A stretch of DNA of 54,747 nucleotides from a virus (taxonomy: Duplodnaviria > Caudoviricetes), in the IMG/VR virus record IMGVR_UViG_3300017910_000157, positions 1-54,747 of that record; one strand, given 5' to 3'. The translations under genes were made by a program, and so were the position numbers. This document shows positions 46,911 through 54,747 of the stretch, piece by piece; the first letter of the stretch is position 1, and the number at the start of each line of letters is the position of its first letter. The notes beneath the pieces were generated by a model. That model saw nothing but the letters and a program-made list of their open reading frames with translations. It searched no databases and was not told the origin of the DNA.

Positions 46911-47363
46911 CTAATCCATCAATTCAAAATGGGGACCGTCTATGAAAGGTCTACGCCCCTGTGATCTACGCAGGTCGATATACGCATTCATGGCCTCTTC
47001 CATTGTGCCTTCCCATTTACTAATGTCATCTATGTGCCATGCTGCACCCCACCTTATCGGACAACCTACAATCATTGCGGCTTCTTTAATAGCGTCAGCA
47101 AGATCGTCATACAAATTCAATTCCCAAGACGCTCGACCATTTACATACGCCATGATATCGAAAGCTTTGCCTTCAAGGTGCTTTGATTTCATCGTTTGAC
47201 TTGCGCCTTTTGCAACCAACTCTTTCTGCTGCTCAAGGGTTCGTATTCCTTGAATTACACCGAAGTCCGTCTTGGTCAGCGTGATGGCTTGTTTTGCTAC
47301 CGCCTGCAAGCGCCAATCGACGCCTTCTAGTCTATCAAGGCTGCGTCTGCTTAATTTAAACAT
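46911..47363 (-). CDS. Endolysin, peptidase M15 (L-Ala-D-Glu peptidase-like)
   Basis: G.RT...Q, SKH..G.A.D, WG..W and D.PHFEL motifs. Confidence 0.85.
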   Translation of the reverse strand: MFKLSRRSLDRLEGVDWRLQAVAKQAITLTKTDFGVIQGIRTLEQQKELVAKGASQTMKSKHLEGKAFDIMAYVNGRASWELNLYDDLADAIKEAAMIVGCPIRWGAAWHIDDISKWEGTMEEAMNAYIDLRRSQGRRPFIDGPHFELMD

Positions 47364-47553
47364 CTGTTTCATCTCCAAAAAGTTTTACACACCGCCAAGA
47401 AATAATATTATAATTTGGATAACGTTGCCTCACAATATTTACCCCATAAGCACTTATAGACAATTCACACATTTCCTTGTTTGGAAACACGGGACTGCCT
47501 ATGGACATACAATTTCCTTCTGTACATACTAAAAAGATTGCTGCCCATATCAC
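47356..47553 (-). CDS. Small secreted/periplasmic Cys-containing protein
   Basis: Hydrophobic N-terminus, four Cys; next to the endolysin gene. Confidence 0.55.
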   Translation of the reverse strand: MIWAAIFLVCTEGNCMSIGSPVFPNKEMCELSISAYGVNIVRQRYPNYNIISWRCVKLFGDETDV

Positions 47554-47699
47554 TTTTTCTTTACCTTGCCGCCCTTTTTGATACGAGCAGTACGTGCAGC
47601 GTCTTTGAAATTTTGTTGAGTCGGTGCCCCTTTTGCACCCTTTGCACGCATTTTTCTACCACTTTTGCGTTTTTTGTGAATGTTTTCATATAAACTCAT
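47550..47699 (-). CDS. 49-aa basic protein
   Basis: MSLYENIHKKR...GAP...KKGGKVKKK; probable ATG at 47699 overlapping the upstream stop. Confidence 0.6.
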   Translation of the reverse strand: MSLYENIHKKRKSGRKMRAKGAKGAPTQQNFKDAARTARIKKGGKVKKK

Positions 47700-48157
47700 G
47701 ACTTCACCTTCATATATTTTTGTATTGCACGTCCCCCAAACCAAAAGCTGAGGACGGCAGAAAATAACGCCGAAGTTTCTGGGTCCCATAGCATAGAAAG
47801 CGCACGACCAAGATCAACGCCGGAGTTCATCAAAGCCATGAGCGCCGTGATTTTGATGGCACAAAAAAGACCAAAGAAAACATAAGTGATAACAGGTCGA
47901 ACAGAAGCCCGTAATGCATTGACAAATCTCCCGCCATCAAGTCCTTGATCATGACTATAAAGCCCCTCTGTTTCTGCGATGTCTGCTTCTTTATCTAATA
48001 TCTGTATCTTTAACTCTGCACGTTTTGACATCAAATCCATTTCAAGCTGCATTCGCTCAAGATTATGTTTATGTTCCTGACCAGCCTTAAAATAATTTAA
48101 TATCTCTGGAAGGAACGATGTGCCGAAGCCTAAAAGACTTCCAAGTAATGCCATCAT
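47696..48157 (-). CDS. Holin-like membrane protein (3TM)
   Basis: RASVRP..TY, transmembrane helices, FWFG.R motif; near the endolysin gene. Confidence 0.6.
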   Translation of the reverse strand: MMALLGSLLGFGTSFLPEILNYFKAGQEHKHNLERMQLEMDLMSKRAELKIQILDKEADIAETEGLYSHDQGLDGGRFVNALRASVRPVITYVFFGLFCAIKITALMALMNSGVDLGRALSMLWDPETSALFSAVLSFWFGGRAIQKYMKVKS

Positions 48158-49017
48158 ACTGATTTCCCCATATCACCCATAGCCATCTGCCTACCCATCT
48201 CATACTGCTGTTGCTGCATCACTGGACCTAACGCCACGATCCCACCCATATTCATTGGTTGCGGAATACCTACCTCTCCTCTTCTCCGTTGCTCCATAAG
48301 GTAACGTAAATGAGGTGGGATGTAGTTTGGATCTGTGGCTGGATCTGGATCTCCCGTAGCAGCAGTTTCTTGTGTCGCCCTAGTGCCACCTGATGTAGGT
48401 CTTCCTTCAGAGCCGTATATGGCTCTTGCTAAACGTTGCCTATCTAAATTTTTTTCTGTGTCTGTAATGTATCTCTGTGCTTGATCTCGACTAAATCCTT
48501 GGTCTAAAAAGTTTTGCATTTGCTTATTACGATCAGTTGCAAAAGCACCGCCGCTTGCAATATTTGCTAAACCCATACCCGCAGCTTCTCTCATACCCGG
48601 AGTAACTTGGGCCATTTTACCTAAAAAACCTTGTGGGTTAAGGTTTGGTCCCGGTCCAGCAAGGCTAGGAAAAAAGCCACCTGCGCCCTCTTGGTCAGAA
48701 GATCCTTGATAAGTATCATACGATCTTAAGTTTTGTGGCTGCACTGCCCTATAAAGAGGATTAGATGAAGCTGTGTCATACTGTTGCGTATTAAACAAAC
48801 CCTGATTAGTCCCGAACATGCTTGGGTCATTTTCAGGATCGCCACCACCCTTTAAAAAATTCATACGTTGTGTATCAGCCAGCGCTGCACGCATAGCGGT
48901 AGGATTAACACTATCACCAGCCCCCATCGCTTCGGTTTTTTCATAGAGACTGTCGAAAGCACTGCCATACTGTTCTTTGTCTTTTTCAAAATCGGATTGT
49001 GTATAAATAGCCATCAC
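48154..49017 (-). CDS. Probable internal virion protein
   Basis: Low-complexity Gly/Gln/Met; C-terminal MNMGGIV motif. Confidence 0.5.
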   Translation of the reverse strand: MMAIYTQSDFEKDKEQYGSAFDSLYEKTEAMGAGDSVNPTAMRAALADTQRMNFLKGGGDPENDPSMFGTNQGLFNTQQYDTASSNPLYRAVQPQNLRSYDTYQGSSDQEGAGGFFPSLAGPGPNLNPQGFLGKMAQVTPGMREAAGMGLANIASGGAFATDRNKQMQNFLDQGFSRDQAQRYITDTEKNLDRQRLARAIYGSEGRPTSGGTRATQETAATGDPDPATDPNYIPPHLRYLMEQRRRGEVGIPQPMNMGGIVALGPVMQQQQYEMGRQMAMGDMGKSV

Positions 49018-49211
49018 TTTGCCTCCTTATTCATCCAAATGCCAAAGCAACCAGTAAGTGCGCCCATACACACAGATACCAGACCTGCCTGACCGTTAGT
49101 AGGAGATTCCAAGCCCATATACCAATGCACAGACTGATAAGTTAGGATCGTAACCACAAGCATCATAAGCCTTGGGAAGACCTTATAATCGTCTATTATT
49201 GAGTGTGTCAT
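49014..49211 (-). CDS. Two-TM small membrane protein (holin-like)
   Basis: FPRL..., W.M.L..P and two hydrophobic helices. Confidence 0.55.
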   Translation of the reverse strand: MTHSIIDDYKVFPRLMMLVVTILTYQSVHWYMGLESPTNGQAGLVSVCMGALTGCFGIWMNKEAK

Positions 49212-49220
49212 CTAAATCTC

Positions 49221-49622
49221 CTAACTACTGGATACCGCTGCTCTTGTGTCAACACGCAGCCAGTTTGAGCCATCACCAAAGGCCACAACAGGACTACCCG
49301 CTGCACCATTTGATACATAGATCAACGTGCCTGTCTCTACAGTAGGGAGAGAAGCTACGGTGTATTGAGGTAGAGGTATACCCGCTGTGTTATTTGCAGC
49401 GGTTGCTGATTTAATCCTGAGTATCGTATTGCTCTCGTATACAGTCCCAACCTCATCACCGCTTTGTGCTGATGTGGGAATCTCAATAAGAACAGGTTTT
49501 GCCAAAGCAGGATTGTTGATTTGCTGTGCAAACGTAGCAAATGCCCTAGTAATCTCAGCAAGATATTGTTGTGAATACTGAGGCGGTGGGACAGGAAAGA
49601 AGGGTACGGGGGATACTGACAT
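49221..49622 (-). CDS. Tail-associated structural protein
   Basis: P.PP..Y start; YTVASLP and DG.NW fibre-like motifs. Confidence 0.55.
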   Translation of the reverse strand: MSVSPVPFFPVPPPQYSQQYLAEITRAFATFAQQINNPALAKPVLIEIPTSAQSGDEVGTVYESNTILRIKSATAANNTAGIPLPQYTVASLPTVETGTLIYVSNGAAGSPVVAFGDGSNWLRVDTRAAVSSS

Positions 49623-52039
49623 TATCTTCTCCCGTCTGAACGTATGTCAATGCGTGGTGTACCTAAACGCCAAAGCACATTAAGATCTGTCGATTGAACT
49701 TTAAAAGTAAAACTCCTGCCTCTTAACCGTGTTTGATATTGATTTGTATATACGCCGACACTGTTTGATATAGTTTTATTAACAGTATCTGTTTCTGTAC
49801 TTTGAGCAACTTGACCCGGAGCGTTCTTAGCAGTGAATATAAAATCCACTTGTGTCGCCCCATCGTCTACAGACTCTCTAAATTTTAAATCTGGTATAAC
49901 TCTAGATATAAAGCTAAATTGATCACCACCAGATATATCCATGTCTCCACTTTCTATGAACGAAGTCATAGCAACAGTGTCTGCTTTAGATCCTGTTTCA
50001 TGATTGAACAAATAATAATCCGAACCAGCACCCAAGGGTAACGGACCCACACCACGATCTAACCATGCGGTTCTACCTAAATTACCTATGAACCAAATAT
50101 TTTCTTGGTAATTATAAACGACATACCTATCATTTTCAGTCGATCCGCTAGAAGGATAAAACCACCAAATCTCTGCAAAAGAAACATTAGATCCAGCCAC
50201 AACTTTTTCTATTTGATTGTTATCTATATTATCGAAGACATAATCTTTTACCGTGCAGGGGATTCTTTGTACTGAACCACCATAACTATAAAATTCTCCA
50301 CTACCCATCCAATAAACAATATCATTTACAGCAACGGCAGCTTTGGGGCTTGCTATAGTTATATTAGATGAGACTAGATTTATCCCAAAAAAGAAAGGTG
50401 GTCCTATGAACTGCATTGCATATACAGCAACGTCTGTAATAACCACTATCTGTTGACGGGTTTCAATAGCTTGAACAATCTGTGATCCTGCATCAATACG
50501 AAGATCACCTGCTGTATTCGTGTCTGTAGGAAACCAATCAACGGGAGTTTCTTGACTGGCAAATCTTATCAACATAGGATCTTGAATACCGTTCCCTTTA
50601 GTTGCTGAAGATGTAGCACCAAGACCATCTGCACCAAAAGCAATAACATGCCTGTCTCTGTCTGACAGTAATATTTGAGAGCATTTCTGTGGGACTGAAG
50701 TACAAGGGACCGTGTTACCTAGAAAATCAATAAACGTTAACGTTGAAAGTTCTACACCTCGCGTTGCCACACCGTTTGTTTTGTCCCAAAAATATATCTG
50801 ACCATGCCTTTCGTTAAAAATAAGATCTTCTTGAAAATTGTCATGTGACCAAATACGCAATCCTGATGTTGAAGTTAAAACACCAGTGTTTACTCCTTCA
50901 CCCCAACCATTAAAATCATTTGCGGCTATAGAATTTCCAGTGGTTAACCGAACTACTGCGCCATTAGCATGTGTAGCTGCTACGGTATTTTGATGTCCTC
51001 TAGTACACCCCGTAATGTCATCAGAACTTATGCCCCCAACAAGAATAAGCTCTTCACCAATCATAACTATGTCACCCGCGACAATGCTTGCAGCAGATGA
51101 GAGCGTGATCGTTGTAGCAGCGGCATCTGTAATCGCCCCATTTAACGTTGTCTGATTTGCAGCATTATTAATACCGCCCCACAATCCAGCGCCCCAACCT
51201 GTTCCGGGAACAGCAGTATTCAATCCTACGCTAACCTGATACGCTGCCACTGTGCTATTGATAGTCGCTGTGATGTTGGTATTTGTAGCGTTTGCATTTG
51301 CGCTTAACTCAAACGTGGTAGCGTCTGTTATAGAGGCAACTGTAGTATTTGCAGGGATACCTGTCCCTGAGATAGAAGACCCAACAACAAGAGAAGAAGT
51401 GCTATCCATTGTACACGTAGCATCGCCGTTTGTGGTGTCTACGGTGCTGTCTTGAAAATTACCATTTCCTGTATCACTACTATTTGCGGTTACAAGAGTT
51501 GGGCTTAACGCCCCATCTACAGTAATACTAGAAATTGTACTTACAGTACGTGCAGATATTTTATATGTATTCCCATCTACAACAGATGTGACCTGATACT
51601 CTTGATTTAAAATAGCAGCGGTTATATTCCCGCCTAAAGATGCGGCTCCAGAAAACGTAACAAAATCACCAACAACACAACGATGCTCTACATTTGAAAC
51701 CGTTATAGTGGAAGATCCATTAGTAGCAGAAAAAGTAACATTCCCAGTTGAAGTAAGACGAAGGGGTGTAACATCTTTAAAATCTAAACCTTTTTGGATG
51801 TAATATTTTACCTGTGTTCCAAGACCTAAGAAAGATTCTCCACTTAACGCTCTCCAATTGTGCAAGCCTCTGCATATACCAAGAAAGGATCTAGCACTAT
51901 TTTTTACCCAGCCATTTAATTTTTCTGGGTAACCAAAACGAAATCTAATCTTGTCGCAGTCTACCCAACCATTCTCCTCAGAGTACGGCGTAATTTCTTT
52001 GTTTATGCCTGCTTTAAAACGAAGATCTGTAAAAGCCAT
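49622..52039 (-). CDS. Tail nozzle / stabilisation protein (P22 gp10 / T7 gp12-like)
   Basis: GINKE..., RFR.G.PEK, beta-propeller-like C-terminal half (YWMG..FY.Y.G, EIWWFY, RTAW.D). Confidence 0.7.
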   Translation of the reverse strand: MAFTDLRFKAGINKEITPYSEENGWVDCDKIRFRFGYPEKLNGWVKNSARSFLGICRGLHNWRALSGESFLGLGTQVKYYIQKGLDFKDVTPLRLTSTGNVTFSATNGSSTITVSNVEHRCVVGDFVTFSGAASLGGNITAAILNQEYQVTSVVDGNTYKISARTVSTISSITVDGALSPTLVTANSSDTGNGNFQDSTVDTTNGDATCTMDSTSSLVVGSSISGTGIPANTTVASITDATTFELSANANATNTNITATINSTVAAYQVSVGLNTAVPGTGWGAGLWGGINNAANQTTLNGAITDAAATTITLSSAASIVAGDIVMIGEELILVGGISSDDITGCTRGHQNTVAATHANGAVVRLTTGNSIAANDFNGWGEGVNTGVLTSTSGLRIWSHDNFQEDLIFNERHGQIYFWDKTNGVATRGVELSTLTFIDFLGNTVPCTSVPQKCSQILLSDRDRHVIAFGADGLGATSSATKGNGIQDPMLIRFASQETPVDWFPTDTNTAGDLRIDAGSQIVQAIETRQQIVVITDVAVYAMQFIGPPFFFGINLVSSNITIASPKAAVAVNDIVYWMGSGEFYSYGGSVQRIPCTVKDYVFDNIDNNQIEKVVAGSNVSFAEIWWFYPSSGSTENDRYVVYNYQENIWFIGNLGRTAWLDRGVGPLPLGAGSDYYLFNHETGSKADTVAMTSFIESGDMDISGGDQFSFISRVIPDLKFRESVDDGATQVDFIFTAKNAPGQVAQSTETDTVNKTISNSVGVYTNQYQTRLRGRSFTFKVQSTDLNVLWRLGTPRIDIRSDGRR

Positions 52040-54466
52040 TTACAACCCCGCAATAATAAATGCTAGAAGTTCTGAATACCGTACAGCTAAAACCGATTTT
52101 TCTGTCGCGTTTGAAGGGGCTTCTTCTGCAGTATTGTATACAACTCTTTCCTCATCTACTCCTGTTTCCCAATACGTTGTTTTACAAAGCATGGCATATT
52201 TAAATGCATCAAGACCTTCATCCTCAAACGCTTTTTGAACATCTTGGGCAATAACACCAAAGTGAATACGCGCTTCATCTCCCTTCTCTTCTACAGAAGA
52301 TATTAAACGATATTTACGTAACATCCCTTTAAGCACTTTAGCCACACGGGTTTCTGCCTCAGAGATAGACTCAATATCTTGTTTAAGATTTTTATCAGAA
52401 GTTTGAATGGTGGCATTACCAGCGTATATGTCTCTCCACCGATAACTACCATTGCCTAAATCGTATAGATCATCCGCGTTGGGCCTCCATGATGGCATAT
52501 CTGGGTCCCAAACAACACTTACTAAACTACCAGACGTATTTTCAGCGCGTATAACAAAATCGGCCCCATGTGTTTGGGACCGCATCAATACGTTACCACT
52601 ACTAAAAGAAATATTTAATCTATCAGTCGTTCCCTCTCTTAATTTTATAAAAGAGCTTTCTCCACCACATTCTAAATTTATACTTCCAGCAACATCAAGC
52701 GTGAGATCACCAGAGGACACGTCTATCTCTTGTCCATCAATGGTTATGTTATCAACGATTACACCTGCATTGGCTGTTACTGTCGAGTTAAACGTAGCAG
52801 CCCCAGCATTAGCCATACTAAGCGTAAGAGCCGTTAAATCACTTGCTAAACCGTCCTTACCTTTAAAGATTATATCTTTGTCAGATGTTTCACACTTGAG
52901 TATAAGATCTGAGCTTTCATTTCTTATTTGTCCGAATATTGATCCACCATCATGAAATTGAATATCACCACCATTAGCATCAAGAATAACATCTCCAGTC
53001 GATGCAGAGGCTTTAATTGTTAGATCACCACTTGATAAACCTATTTCAGTTCCATCAATGGTAATGTTGTCTACGACTACACCTGCATTGGCTGTTACTG
53101 TGCCGTTAAAGCTGGCATTCCCCGCGTTTTCCATATCAAGAGTAAGGGCTGTGATTTCATTTGTTGCATCCATCCCCTTAAACTGCATTTGCTTGTCTTG
53201 AACTCTAGATCTTATTTCAAAATGTTGGTTGTTTAAACCAAAAGTACCAACAGGTGTATCGCCATAACTTAAAACAATGCTGCCATTACCCGCGCTAATG
53301 TCGATGTCTCCAGACACATCAAAGACAAGATTACCGTTATTTTGAAAATCTCCGCTACTGCCATTATGTGTTATTTGTAAATCAGCATCAGCACCTATGC
53401 TCAATACAGCACTGTCAGAATCTAACCGAAGATCATCACCCACAGATAAATCTGCTGCAATACCTGCACCGCCAGCTACTGTTAAAGCACCAGTGGATGA
53501 ACTGGAACTAGCAGTGGTTGCAGAAATAGAAACAATACCACCTGAAGTAATACCTATGGCATCAGTATCAGTAGCAGAACCTATGTTGCCTCCATCAGCT
53601 ATGATTACATTTCCACCAGCCGTTATATTACCTGCTGTGGTTAAATCATCACCGCTGAATGTTGTGTTAAGTGTTGCTGATGCAGTAAATAATTTTATGG
53701 TTTGAGTAGTGTTTAAATCTAAATAACCCCGTGTATTAGTGTTATCTTGAAGATTTATTAAACCATTTTCAGCATTAAGATTAATGCTACCAGATTCAGA
53801 AGTTAAAACCAACGTGTCAGATGCTTTAATAGCTTGACTAGTGCTACCTAAATTAAACCTAAGTTGTTCACCTGATGTAATACCCTGCATGAATACATCA
53901 TCACCCGTAGGTCGTAGGTATAAATCAGTAGAAGCAGATATAACATCGCCATTGATAGTTACGTCATCAACAGTAAGCGTTGTGAGTGTACCCAAGGATG
54001 TAATATTTGGTTGTGATGCAGTGATGACTGTTGACACGTTAAACGTAGCAGTTAGATCAGTTACATTGTCAGACCCGTCACAAAAAACAATAGCGCCATC
54101 GCCATTGGCTATAGTGACTGTAGTTGTGGCACTACCTTGTTGCAACTTAACACTTTGACCACCTGTCGTACTGTTTAAAAACATATAAACTCTAGCATGA
54201 TCTGCTGGGACAATAGTGATGGTATGTAACGCGCTTAAGGTGCTACTCACAAACTCAATAGCTTTAAAATTACCTGAATCAGCAGCGGATGGAGTGCCTG
54301 TAGAATCTCCTAAATTTGAGGACGTCCCTGTAAGGGTAAGCTGCGTAAATCCGTTAGCAGCGCGTTCTAAAATCTGCAGGTTCACGTTGGTGCTTGATCC
54401 CCATGTACCAGCTTCGTCGCCAGTATCTATAAGCTTCACGCCATTAATATCTGTATATGTAGCCAT
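52040..54466 (-). CDS. Tail fibre with C-terminal intramolecular chaperone (peptidase S74)
   Basis: G...GTWG..TN.N anchor, internal repeats, DLG....RW..IY, SD.NLK.DI, GVIAQ and VRY.EL motifs. Confidence 0.85.
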   Translation of the reverse strand: MATYTDINGVKLIDTGDEAGTWGSSTNVNLQILERAANGFTQLTLTGTSSNLGDSTGTPSAADSGNFKAIEFVSSTLSALHTITIVPADHARVYMFLNSTTGGQSVKLQQGSATTTVTIANGDGAIVFCDGSDNVTDLTATFNVSTVITASQPNITSLGTLTTLTVDDVTINGDVISASTDLYLRPTGDDVFMQGITSGEQLRFNLGSTSQAIKASDTLVLTSESGSINLNAENGLINLQDNTNTRGYLDLNTTQTIKLFTASATLNTTFSGDDLTTAGNITAGGNVIIADGGNIGSATDTDAIGITSGGIVSISATTASSSSSTGALTVAGGAGIAADLSVGDDLRLDSDSAVLSIGADADLQITHNGSSGDFQNNGNLVFDVSGDIDISAGNGSIVLSYGDTPVGTFGLNNQHFEIRSRVQDKQMQFKGMDATNEITALTLDMENAGNASFNGTVTANAGVVVDNITIDGTEIGLSSGDLTIKASASTGDVILDANGGDIQFHDGGSIFGQIRNESSDLILKCETSDKDIIFKGKDGLASDLTALTLSMANAGAATFNSTVTANAGVIVDNITIDGQEIDVSSGDLTLDVAGSINLECGGESSFIKLREGTTDRLNISFSSGNVLMRSQTHGADFVIRAENTSGSLVSVVWDPDMPSWRPNADDLYDLGNGSYRWRDIYAGNATIQTSDKNLKQDIESISEAETRVAKVLKGMLRKYRLISSVEEKGDEARIHFGVIAQDVQKAFEDEGLDAFKYAMLCKTTYWETGVDEERVVYNTAEEAPSNATEKSVLAVRYSELLAFIIAGL

Positions 54467-54477
54467 GTTCTAATCCA

Positions 54478-54747
54478 CTATGCTGCGATGTCATCATAAC
54501 CTGCATTTTGATTTGGGGCAATCTCTGTCCACGAAGGATTTTGTGAAGTGCTAACTGCTTGGTAACTGGGGGTTTGATCAGGCAGTATTGGACCCCATAC
54601 GTTAACCGTCCCAACTATACCAGATGCAGCTATACCCGTTGGTACAACAACAGCAGAACCTATAACAACAACAGGAGTCCCGTCACCGACAAAAGCTGTA
54701 GCAGCCACACCTGTCACTGGTACGTCAACAGGAATCACTACCTCTGC
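54478..54747 (-). CDS. C-terminal fragment of a virion protein, 5' end outside the window
   Basis: Frame is open to the window edge; VTGV.AT..VG repeats. Confidence 0.6.
   Translation of the reverse strand, partial: AEVVIPVDVPVTGVAATAFVGDGTPVVVIGSAVVVPTGIAASGIVGTVNVWGPILPDQTPSYQAVSTSQNPSWTEIAPNQNAGYDDIAA

Noticed and set aside
52734-53110. Diversity-generating retroelement TR/VR pair
   Set aside because: Differences are mostly at synonymous positions rather than adenine-specific, and no reverse transcriptase is present
1-54747. Complete circular genome or terminal repeats
   Set aside because: The ends share no overlap and the two truncated ORFs do not join in frame

Overview
The window is most of the genome of a ~55 kb tailed dsDNA bacteriophage with a podovirus-like gene set. 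Its content resembles marine alphaproteobacterial phages of the HTVC023P/CRP-901 type, but that is recall, not a search result. There are two arms. (1) A minus-strand packaging/structural/lysis arm runs 17209->1 and resumes 54747->35646: TerS, TerL, portal, GroES-like co-chaperonin, scaffold, Mu-gpT-like major capsid protein, adaptors, tail fibres, nozzle, M15 endolysin, holin-like proteins and ejection proteins including a 2172-aa protein. (2) A plus-strand early/replication arm runs 17341->35566 from two consensus sigma70 promoters: DUF3150-like + MoxR-type AAA + HExxH/VWA module, VRR-NUC, DNA polymerase A (Leu762), Cas4-like nuclease, SNF2 helicase, SSB and an AEP primase-DUF927 helicase. 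Both window ends cut through ORFs that do not join in frame, so some sequence is missing. I see no integrase, tRNA or CRISPR array. The most striking unexplained signal is a palindrome, GTTAGT-N5/6-ACTAAC, present about 10 times in the early arm only, often inside coding sequence, with a covarying inner base pair. Other notable features are several pseudoknot/hairpin-rich intergenic RNAs, an origin-like repeat region, a G-quadruplex tract at the arm junction, a recurring xxGG motif in basic/internal virion proteins and a split DUF5872-like gene. All product calls come from motif recognition and synteny, without database searches.
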